A stretch of DNA of 64,000 nt, taken from the NCBI GenBank assembly GCA_016713785.1, contig JADJOM010000001.1, positions 841,816-905,815 on the forward strand, in the 5' to 3' direction. The notes under the pieces are model-generated. The model was not told the origin of the DNA. It searched no databases and saw nothing but the letters and a program-made list of their open reading frames with translations. The position numbers and the translations under genes were made by a program. Numbering within the stretch: position 1 is the stretch's first letter; every line of letters starts with the position of its first letter. Origin of the DNA: Gemmatimonadota bacterium (GTDB taxonomy: Bacteria; Gemmatimonadota; Gemmatimonadetes; Gemmatimonadales; GWC2-71-9). Shown here piece by piece: positions 54,330 to 62,700 of this stretch.

Positions 54330-54791
54330 TCAGCGGTTGAGGCGCCAGAGGGTGAGGTTCAGGTACCCGGCGAACGTGACCCAGACCAGGTACGGCACGA
54401 ACAGCCACCCCGCCAGCGGCCGCACCTGCCAGAACGCCACGAGCGTGGCCAGGATGACCACCCAGAAGAGCAGCAGCTCGTAGAACGCCAGGTCCATCCG
54501 GTGCCAGTGGAAGAAGAGCCACGACCACAGCACGTTGAGCACCAGCTGCCCCACGAAGAGGGCCAGCGCCAGGGTCACCCCGGTCTCCCCCCGCCGCAGC
54601 CAGACCAGCCACGCCGCGACCCCCATCAGGATGAACAGCACCGTCCAGACCGGCGCGAAGACCGCGTTGGGCGGGTTCCATGAGGGCTTGTTCACGCGTT
54701 CGTACCACTGGCCGGGCGCGGCCAGGCCACCGATGGTGGCCGCGAGGAACGAGAGCAGGATCCAGCCAGCCAGTGCGAGCATCCGTGTCAT
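54330..54791 (-). CDS. tspO: TspO/MBR tryptophan-rich sensory protein
   Basis: Five TM helices. KPSWNPPN.VFAPVWTVL, NVLWSWLFF, VPYLVWVTFAGYLN. Confidence 0.9.
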   Translation of the reverse strand: MTRMLALAGWILLSFLAATIGGLAAPGQWYERVNKPSWNPPNAVFAPVWTVLFILMGVAAWLVWLRRGETGVTLALALFVGQLVLNVLWSWLFFHWHRMDLAFYELLLFWVVILATLVAFWQVRPLAGWLFVPYLVWVTFAGYLNLTLWRLNR

Positions 54792-54881
54792 ACCCCCATC
54801 GAACCTGAAGTTCCCGGTGCCTTGCCCCGGCCCACGCGGACGGCGACCTTATCTTCGCCAGTCCACTCCCCGGGGAATCTC

Positions 54882-55877
54882 ATGCAGCACAGCCGTATCC
54901 TCGGCACCGGCTTCGCCGTGCCGGACCGCGTCGTCACCAACGCGGACCTGTCGGTCCTCATGGACACCACCGATGAGTGGATCCGCACCCGTACCGGCAT
55001 CCAGGAACGGCGCTGGGTGGCGGAGGGCCAGAGCGGCGCCGACCTGGCGCTGCAGGCCAGCCGGCGGGCGCTCGAGATGGCCGGCCTCGCGCCGACGGAC
55101 CTCGACGCGATCGTCTACGCCACCTCCACCCCCGACCACTACGCCCCGGGCAACGGCGTCTTCCTGCAGCGGCTCCTCGGGGTGCAGCCCATTCCCGCGA
55201 TGGACATCCACCAGGCCTGCAGCGGCTTCATCTACAGCCTGTCGGTGGCCGACGCCTGGATCCGGGTGGGGCTCTTCCGGCGCATCCTGGTGGTGGGCGC
55301 GGAGATCCAATCTACCGCCATGGACGTGAGCACACACGGCCGCAACACCGCGGTGATCTTCGCCGATGGCGCCGGCGCCGTGGTGCTCGGCCCCGCCGAG
55401 CGCGAAGGTCAGGGGCTGCTCGCCTTCGACCTGCACAGCGACGGGGACCACGCCGAGCTGCTGTGGGTGGACGTGCCCGGCTGCATGTACCACCCGCGGA
55501 TCACTCGCGAACACATTGACCAGGGGCGGCACTTCCTCTCGATGGATGGCAAGGAAGTGTTCCGGCATGCGGTGACCCGCATGCCGGAATCGGTGCGCGC
55601 CGTGCTGGCCAAGGTGGGGGCCAGCCCGGCCGACCTCAGCCTGCTGCTGCCCCACCAGGCCAACCTGCGCATCTCCGAGCTGGTCCAGCGCGAGCTCAAG
55701 CTGCGCGACGACCAGGTCTACAACAACATCCAGCGCTACGGCAACACCACCGCCGCCACCATTCCGATCCTGCTCGACGAATGCGTCCGCGGCGGCCGCC
55801 TGAAGGACGGGGACCTGCTGGTCATGACCGCCTTCGGGGCCGGGTTCTCCTGGGGCAGCGTCGCCTGCCGCTGGTGA
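54882..55877 (+). CDS. fabH: 3-oxoacyl-ACP synthase III (KAS III)
   Basis: ATG 54882 (MQHSRILGTGFAVPDRVVTNADL). TSDEWI-like TTDEWIRTRTGIQERR. Active-site Cys in DIHQACSGFIYSL. HQANLRI. GNTTAATIP. Confidence 0.9.
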   Translation: MQHSRILGTGFAVPDRVVTNADLSVLMDTTDEWIRTRTGIQERRWVAEGQSGADLALQASRRALEMAGLAPTDLDAIVYATSTPDHYAPGNGVFLQRLLGVQPIPAMDIHQACSGFIYSLSVADAWIRVGLFRRILVVGAEIQSTAMDVSTHGRNTAVIFADGAGAVVLGPAEREGQGLLAFDLHSDGDHAELLWVDVPGCMYHPRITREHIDQGRHFLSMDGKEVFRHAVTRMPESVRAVLAKVGASPADLSLLLPHQANLRISELVQRELKLRDDQVYNNIQRYGNTTAATIPILLDECVRGGRLKDGDLLVMTAFGAGFSWGSVACRW

Positions 55878-55896
55878 CGCCGCCCCGGCCGGCCGC

Positions 55897-56404
55897 CTAG
55901 ATCCCGCGGTGACCGTGCGGAGGGCCCTCGCCGCGCCGGTGGTCCCGCATGTCGTGACGCCGCTCCGCCCGCCACGCCTGGTACCTGGCGTACTGCTCCT
56001 TGGAGAGCAGCCCCTTCAGCGACTCGTCGAAGGCCCGCTGCTTCTGCTCCAGACCGGTGACCAGCGCCCGGGGACCGTCCCCCCGGGACGGCGTGGAGTC
56101 GCGCTCGGCACGATCGCGCCCGCCACGCATCGACGCACGGAACTGCTGCAGGCTGTCGCGGGTGACACGGGTGGCGGCCATCAGGTTGTCATAGAGCACG
56201 CCGTACTGCGTGGCCTGCTCCTCGGTGATGCCGGTGAGGTCGCGGAACTCCCCGGGGGCGGGCGGGCCCTCGACCACCACCGGGTCGGGGGCGCGGGCGC
56301 GGGGGCGGCCCACCCTGGGCCTCGTGCGCAAGCGGCGCGGCCAGCAGGCCGCAGGCAAAGAAGAGTGTTGGCGCGAGGCGCGCCGGCGACGTCAGGCCGA
56401 ACAT
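55897..56404 (-). pseudogene. LTXXQ/Spy-like periplasmic protein gene interrupted by a +1 frameshift (or an assembly indel)
   Basis: Signal peptide MFGLTSPARLAPTLFFACGLLAAPLAHEAQGG starts at ATG 56404, in the frame of track ORF 56189..56470. The LTXXQ body (DLTGITEEQ..., LLSKEQYARYQAW) is in the frame of ORF 55897..56358. The frames must switch at ~56285-56315, where two G5/C5 runs occur (56287-56291, 56301-56305). Confidence 0.5.
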
Positions 56405-56494
56405 GGAATCCTCCAGTGTAGGTGCGTGGGAGGTACGCCGGCTCCGGCCGGCCCGTTGGCCGCGCACCATCCCAACACTCCGGGCCGGGCCGAC

Positions 56495-56521
56495 GTAACG
56501 GAGATGTTCCAGAGCACGTAC
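56495..56521 (+). promoter_or_regulatory. candidate ECF-type promoter (GTAAC-N17-CGTAC) upstream of the sigma gene
   Basis: GTAAC at 56495-56499, 17-nt spacer, CGTAC at 56517-56521, 17 nt before ATG 56539. Resembles the generic ECF GGAAC...CGT architecture. Confidence 0.3.
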
Positions 56522-56538
56522 CCGCGCCGGCCGAGGCG

Positions 56539-57153
56539 ATGACCGCTGTCCACAAGCCGCAGGACCCGATGACCCCAGTCGCGCCGGGCCCCGAGGAGGA
56601 CGCCAGCCTGATCCGGCTGGCCCAGGGCGGCGACCGCGAGGCGTACGACCGCCTGGTCCGGCGTTACCTCCCGCGCGCCTATACGGTGGCGTTCCGGGTC
56701 TCGGGCAACCGGCAGGACGCCGAGGACCTGGTCCAGGACGGCTTCATGTCGGCGTACCGGTCCATCGACCGCTTCGAGGTCGGGCGGCCCTTCGGCCCCT
56801 GGCTGTACCGGATCATCACGAACGCCGCCGTGAGTCACCTGCGACGCGAGGGCCGGAGACCCACCGAGTCGCTGGCCGAGCATGCCAGTGCCGGCGGTCC
56901 CTCCCCCCTGGGGGAGACCGCGCGCGGGGAGGTCCGGGAGCAGTTCCGCCGCACCCTGGCGGAGCTCCCGGAGAAGCAGCGACTGGCGGTGCAGTGGCAC
57001 GACGTGGACGGCTTCACCGCGGAAGAGATCGGGGAGAGCCTGGGCGTGCCGTCGGGGACGGTGCGCTGGTACCTGCACCAGGCCCGGCAGACCCTGCGCA
57101 AGGCGCTCGCGCCGTGGCACGGGACACTGGAGGAGAGCAATGACGAACACTGA
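56539..57153 (+). CDS. ECF RNA polymerase sigma factor
   Basis: ATG 56539 (MTAVHKPQ...). Region 2 QDAEDLVQDGFMSAYRSIDRFE and PWLYRIITNAAVSHLR. Region 4 LPEKQRLAVQWHDVDGFTAEEIGESLGVPSGTVRWYLHQARQTL. Confidence 0.85.
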   Translation: MTAVHKPQDPMTPVAPGPEEDASLIRLAQGGDREAYDRLVRRYLPRAYTVAFRVSGNRQDAEDLVQDGFMSAYRSIDRFEVGRPFGPWLYRIITNAAVSHLRREGRRPTESLAEHASAGGPSPLGETARGEVREQFRRTLAELPEKQRLAVQWHDVDGFTAEEIGESLGVPSGTVRWYLHQARQTLRKALAPWHGTLEESNDEH

Positions 57154-57520
57154 TCCGCGGGAGGCCGCGCTGCGGGCCGAACTCCTCGCCACCGCCCCCA
57201 CGCCCACGCTCGGTGCCGCGGACCAGGAGCGCCTGGCACGCGGCATCGCCGCCCGGATCGCGCGGGAGCCGGCGCCCGCCCCCCCGCGCACCTGGCGGGA
57301 CGACCTCATCGACCTCGGTCGCGTGGTGGCCCCACTGGCCATTGCCGCGGGGCTCGCAGCGGTCTTCCTGCTCGGCTCGGGGCGGCTCCCCGCCTCGACC
57401 AGCACGTCGGCCGAGACCGCCTTCGCCGGCGTCCTGGCAGGCACCAGCGGCTCGGCCTCGCTGCTCGAGTCCGCCGTGGCCGAGTCGGCGGGATGGCTGA
57501 TCGTGGAAGGAGAACAGTAG
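57140..57520 (+). CDS. small single-TM protein in the anti-sigma position (no zf-HC2 motif)
   Basis: ATG 57140 overlaps the sigma 3' end by 14 nt. TM VVAPLAIAAGLAAVFLLG. Same architecture as 46225..46554. Confidence 0.5.
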   Translation: MTNTDPREAALRAELLATAPTPTLGAADQERLARGIAARIAREPAPAPPRTWRDDLIDLGRVVAPLAIAAGLAAVFLLGSGRLPASTSTSAETAFAGVLAGTSGSASLLESAVAESAGWLIVEGEQ

Positions 57521-57521
57521 G

Positions 57522-57977
57522 ATGCGACAGAAACTCATCGGCGCCGCCGTCCTGGCGGCCCTCTTCCTCAGCGGGGTCGCCGTGGGCATGGCAACCGACC
57601 GCTACATGCACCGGCCCCCGATGCGCCGGGGTCCCGGTGGTGAGCACGGCGGCCCGGTCCCGTCGCCGGAGATGCGCGACCGGATGGCGGGCATGATCGT
57701 GGACCGGCTCCGGCGGGAACTCGACCTCTCCGGCGACCAGGAGCGACAGCTCCGCGAGATGCTCCCGCGCCACATCGCCGCCCTGGACAGCGTCCGTGCC
57801 GCCATTGAGCCCCAGGTGGAGGCGGTGGCTGCCCGCTCGGCGGCGGAGGTGGCCGCCATCCTCACCCCGGCGCAGCGCCAGGTGTGGGAGCAACGCTGGA
57901 AGCGGATGGGGATTCCGGCCGGGCCGCCGGGGATGCCCCCCGGCGGAGACCGGGGACACGACGGTCCCCGGCCCTGA
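57522..57977 (+). CDS. membrane-anchored periplasmic LTXXQ-motif protein (Spy/CpxP/ZraP-like)
   Basis: ATG 57522, 1 nt after the upstream stop. Anchor LIGAAVLAALFLSGVAVGM. LDLSGDQERQL and ILTPAQRQVW motifs. Gly/Pro-rich C-terminal tail. Confidence 0.7.
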   Translation: MRQKLIGAAVLAALFLSGVAVGMATDRYMHRPPMRRGPGGEHGGPVPSPEMRDRMAGMIVDRLRRELDLSGDQERQLREMLPRHIAALDSVRAAIEPQVEAVAARSAAEVAAILTPAQRQVWEQRWKRMGIPAGPPGMPPGGDRGHDGPRP

Positions 57978-58051
57978 ATCCAACGACGTGCCTGTTGCGT
58001 ACTGCAACACGCCGGTCGATTCAGCTCCCTAGGTATGGAAGGTCGGACTCC

Positions 58052-58315
58052 ATGGGGTTCATCTACTTCGCGGTGAGCGCCGCCGCCACGCTCTTCGGCT
58101 TTCTCGTCGCGCGCGACTTCGTTCGGCGGCGGCTGCGCTTCGTGGACGCGGTGCGGTCGCCCGCGGCGCCGTGGCTCGCCGGGCTCGGCGCGGCGCTGAT
58201 CGCGTGGCCGATTGCCGCCCTGCCCCTCGTCACCACCGCCACCACCACCCTGTTCGGCATCGGCGCGGGGCTCGGCACGGCCAGCGGCGTCAAGGCGCTC
58301 CGCCGCGGCGACTGA
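58052..58315 (+). CDS. small hypothetical membrane protein
   Basis: ATG 58052 (MGFIYFAVSAAATLFGFLVA). Three hydrophobic segments. 87 aa. Confidence 0.45.
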   Translation: MGFIYFAVSAAATLFGFLVARDFVRRRLRFVDAVRSPAAPWLAGLGAALIAWPIAALPLVTTATTTLFGIGAGLGTASGVKALRRGD

Positions 58316-58358
58316 TCTCCGGGCCGGGGGTGGCCGCCCCCGTTATACTTGCACCACC

Positions 58359-58610
58359 ATGCCGACCATCGCCTGCGGTCGCTGCGGCCAGTCCCGCGAC
58401 CAGATGCCCTTCCGCCCGTTCCAGAACGACCTCGGCCTGCGGGTCTTCCAGCACATCTGCAATCCCTGCTGGGGCGATTGGCTCAAGCTGCAGCAGCAGC
58501 TGATCAACCACTACGCGCTGAACGTGCGCGATGCCCAGGCCAAGGAATTCCTCTTCAAGCAGATGGAACAGTTCCTCTTCGTCACGCCGATGGAGCCACC
58601 CCCGGCCTGA
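58359..58610 (+). CDS. yggX: Fe(II)-trafficking / oxidative-damage protection protein YggX
   Basis: ATG 58359. W.DWLKLQQQLINHYALN......KEFLFKQMEQFLF matches the YggX pattern (W..W...Q..LINE..LN...L...M..FLF). 83 aa. Confidence 0.85.
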   Translation: MPTIACGRCGQSRDQMPFRPFQNDLGLRVFQHICNPCWGDWLKLQQQLINHYALNVRDAQAKEFLFKQMEQFLFVTPMEPPPA

Positions 58611-58641
58611 GCCGCCCCACCGCCTCCACTGCCCTTACCAC

Positions 58642-59607
58642 CTACCAGGAATACCCCAGCCGGAAGTTCGCGTCGATCGCCGGGCCGCTGGGCCAGAGGT
58701 CCTCGCTCATCCCGAAGCGGAACTCCCGCCCGCTCCTGCCACGGATCACCCACCCGAAGTCGATGGTCAGGTCCCAGCGATCCAGCTGCCGGGCCACCGC
58801 GCCTTCGTAGTAGGGACTGTGCAGGTACAGGTTCGCGAAGCTCCAGAGGCTTCCCACGGTGCGCCACCGGGCGCCGCTGGTGCCGAGGAAAAAGAGCCGC
58901 TGCTGGATGGCGCGGAGGTGGCCGTCCCGCGGGGTGTACCCGAGGTTGATCGAGCCCTCGTACACCAGGCGCGGCGCCAGGGGCACCCGGAAGGTGTTGA
59001 GGAGGCTCAGGGAGGGCTGGCCCCGCCGGAAGCCCGCCCCGGCCGTGCTGGTGGGCAGGGTCAGGGAGAGCACGCTCTGGGCCCGGGTGCCGTGCCTAAG
59101 CCCGAGCCCGATCCGGGCGTCACCCAGGGCGGCACCTCGGGCGCGGAACCTGACCGTCCGGCCGTCGGGGAACTGGTAGCGGTAGCCGAAGTCATTGGGG
59201 CTGCGGGCATCCCGCTCCGGGTAGTAGATGCCGAAGATGCCGTGATACCAGTCGAGGAATCCATCCAGGACGCCGGGGTAGGCTCCTCCCAGCGGCAGCT
59301 CGGCCACGAGGAAGCTCCGGTCCCCGAGATCGTGCGTGGCACTCAGGTTCACCCGCAGCACCTCGGCGTCCAGCATGTACGAGGTGTCGGCCACCGAGGT
59401 CCGCAGGCCGAACTCCAGCATGCTGGCGTAGTCCACCCCCACCTGGAAGCGCCAGCCCGCCGTGGGAGCCACCAGCGGCTGGAAGTACAGGCCGCTGCGG
59501 GACTCCGCGGCGGGATTCAGGGAGTGGTAGATGGGCAGCGACTGGGCCGCGCACGGCGCGGCCGCCAGCAGGGCCAGGAGGGGGGCGAACCGAGGGGAAG
59601 CGGCCAT
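58642..59607 (-). CDS. predicted outer-membrane beta-barrel protein (DUF3187-like, tentative)
   Basis: Signal peptide MAASPRFAPLLALLAAAPCAAQS. Alternating aromatic/Gly strands. C-terminal ...ANFRLGYSW. Confidence 0.7.
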   Translation of the reverse strand: MAASPRFAPLLALLAAAPCAAQSLPIYHSLNPAAESRSGLYFQPLVAPTAGWRFQVGVDYASMLEFGLRTSVADTSYMLDAEVLRVNLSATHDLGDRSFLVAELPLGGAYPGVLDGFLDWYHGIFGIYYPERDARSPNDFGYRYQFPDGRTVRFRARGAALGDARIGLGLRHGTRAQSVLSLTLPTSTAGAGFRRGQPSLSLLNTFRVPLAPRLVYEGSINLGYTPRDGHLRAIQQRLFFLGTSGARWRTVGSLWSFANLYLHSPYYEGAVARQLDRWDLTIDFGWVIRGRSGREFRFGMSEDLWPSGPAIDANFRLGYSW

Positions 59608-59718
59608 GGGATCCGAGGCAGGGGCGACCGGGGGCGCGGGGCGGCGACCCGAGCCAACAAAGGGCGCCGGACGGTGCGTAACAGCAGGAAGCTAATCCAC
59701 CACCATCGAGGTTTCGGC

Positions 59719-62700
59719 ATGCGGCGGCTCGGGATTCTCCTTTTCTGCCTCCTCCCCCTGTTTGCCGGGCGGGTCGCCCCGGTGGCCGCCCAGGTCGGGG
59801 TCACCACCGACATCCTCACGGGCACCGTGACCGACACCTCCGGCACGCCGCTCACTGGCGCCACCATCGAGGCGGTCTCCCTCGAAACCGGGCATACCCG
59901 GAGCGCCAGCACGGATGGCCGCGGCCGGTACCGCATCCTCTTCCCGGACGGGGGCGGGCGGTACCAGCTGTTCGTGAAGCAGATCGGGCACGCGCCAGCC
60001 CGGCGACAGCTGGAGCGGGCCGGCGACGACGACCGCCTCTTCGCGGACTTCCGGCTGGTCCCGCAGGCGGTGGCGCTGGAGGAGCTGGTGGTCTCCGGCC
60101 GGCGGCAGAATTTCAATGACCCCCGGCCGACGCCGGGCTCCACCGAGACGGTGCAGTCCCCCGACCGGCTGGCGCGACTCCCGCTCGACGCCGGCGACCT
60201 CAACGCCATCGCCGCGCTGGCCGCCGGGGTGGTGAGCATCTCCGGGACCGATTCCACGGCCGCGTCGTTTTCCGTGGCCGGCCAGCGCAGCAGCGCCAAC
60301 AGCACCACGCTCGACGGCCTGACCTTCGGCGCCTCGAGCATCCCGCAGGACGCGGTGCGGAGCACCCGGGTGGTGACCAACACCTACGACGTGTCGCGGG
60401 GCCAGTTCAGCGGCGGCCTGATCGCGTCCACCACCCGGAGCGGCACGCGGATCTTCCAGGGCACCGTGAACGGCAGCCTGCGCGACCCGGCGCTCGCGGT
60501 GATCCCCGACAGCGTCACCAACCAGCCCCAGGCCCAGCAGCAGCTCTCGTTCGGGGTGGGCGGCCCGCTCATCACCAACCGGCTCTTCGGCTTCGGGGCC
60601 GGGCAGGTGCGGCACCGCGGCAACGACCTGATCACGCTGCTCACCCTGGCGGACGGCGGCGCCGAACGATACGGCGTGGCGCAGGACTCGCTCGACCGCT
60701 ACACCACGATCCTCGGCGGGCTCAACGTCCCCTTCACCACCGGGGCCGTGCCCGACGACCGCTCGGGCACCGACTGGTCGGGCATCGGGCGGCTGGACCT
60801 GCTGCTGGGCGAGCGGCACACGCTCACCTTCCGCGGCGACTGGCGCCAGAGCAGCGATGCCCCGGCGCGGCTGGCGCCGCTGGCGCCCCCGGCCAGCGGC
60901 GGCCGCACCTCGAGCCGCAGCGGCGGCGGGATGCTGCAGCTCAGCTCGCGGTTCGGGCAGAGCCTGCTCAACGAGGCGAAGGTCTACCTCTCCGGCAGCC
61001 GCAACCGCGGCGCACCGTACCTGCAGCTCCCCGCGGGGCGGGTACAGCTCAGCTCCGCGCTCGACGACGGCACCCTCAGCACCTCGAGCCTCTCCTTCGG
61101 CGGCAACCCGGGCTTTCCCCAGCGCGGCCACAGCAGCGCCTTCGAGGCCACCAACGAGCTGAGCTGGCTCTCCGGGGAAGCGAGCCACCGGGTGAAGCTG
61201 GGGCTGTTCTACACCACGGCCCGCACCACCCAGGAGGTCGCCAGCAACCAGCTCGGCACCTTCACCTTCGAGACGCTGGCCGACCTCGAGGCGGGGCGTC
61301 CGTCGCTCTTCACCCGGACCCTCGGCGCCGACCAGCGCACCGGCCGCAGTGCCACCGCCGCCGCCTACCTGGGTGACACCTGGCGCCTGAACCAGGCCTG
61401 GCAGCTCACCTTCGGCGTGCGCGGCGAGCACTCCTGGTTCGGGGATGCACCCGCGTACAACGCGACGGTGGACTCCCTCTTCGGCCTGCGCACCGACCGG
61501 CTGCCACGGGAGACCCACCTGAGCCCGCGGCTCGGGTTCACCTGGACGCCCCCCTCGACGGATGGGCCGCCCGGCTGGATCGTGCGGGGCGGCTTCGGGG
61601 AATTCCGCAGCCCGGTGCCCGCCCAGCTGGCGGTGGCGGCCCAGGCCGCGAGCGGCACGAGCAACGGCCAGACCCAGCTGGTGTGCGCCGGCGCCGCGGC
61701 GCCCATCCCCGACTGGACGGCGATGGCCGCCGACCCGGCGGCGATCCCGACCGCCTGCGTGGGTGGCCTCCCCGGGGGGCCCCGGGACGACCTCCCGTCG
61801 ATCACCGCCTTTGCCCCCGGGTTCACGGCGCCACGGGTGTGGCGCGGCTCCTTCGGCGTGCAGCGACGGGCCGGGCTCCTGACCTATGGCGTGGACCTGA
61901 GCGCCGGCGTCGGCGTGAGCCAGCAGGGCTTCCGCGACCGGAACATCGGGGCCAGCCAGTTCGCGCTGGCCGGCGAGGGCGGCCGCCAGGTGTTCGTGCC
62001 GGCCAGCGCGTTCGACACGGCGAGCGGGGTGACCACGCTGACCGCCTCCCGGCTCGACCCGGGCTTCGGCCAGGTCTTCGCCGCGGTGTCCGACCTGACC
62101 ACCCGGTCGGTGCAGGCGGTGTTCTCCTTCGGCGGCATCATCGGCAAGGGCGTGACCCTCTCCGGGTCCTACACCCTGGCGCACACCACCGACGAGTCGT
62201 CGTCGGGCGACTTCGGCGGCGGGCGCGGCTTTGCCTCGCAGACCGCGGGCCGCCAGCTCTACGCCAGCGGGCGCAGCGTGAGCGACTTCGACCGGCGGCA
62301 TTCGATCGTCACCACGCTGACGGTGCCGGTGGCCCGGGGCTTCGAGATCACCGCGATCGGCCGGGCCTCCTCGGGCACCCCGTACACCCCGGGCGCGGCG
62401 GGCGACCTCAACGGTGACGGCTCGCGCAACGACCGCGCGTTCATCTTCGACCCGGCGACCACCGCGGACCCGGCGCTCGCCGCCGCCATGGACCGGCTGC
62501 TCGCGGCGGCCCCCGCCGGCGCGCGCGACTGCCTGCGCCGCCAGCTGGGGTCCATCGCCGACCGCAACAGCTGCCGGGGCCCGTGGCAGCCGTCGTTCGA
62601 CCTGCAGCTCAACTGGAAGCCCAGCATGCTGGGCCTCGACCAGCGGCTCACCATCTCGCTGCTGACCTCAAACCTGCTGGCGGGGATGGACCAGCTGTTC

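Noticed and set aside
58531-59718. First 396 codons of the 1646-aa ORF 58531..63471
   Set aside because: This stretch is antisense to the DUF3187-like barrel gene and crosses the divergent intergenic region. A canonical signal peptide begins at ATG 59719.
59692-62301. 869-aa minus-strand ORF
   Set aside because: It is antisense to the CarboxypepD_reg/TonB-dependent-receptor-like gene. Shadow ORF.
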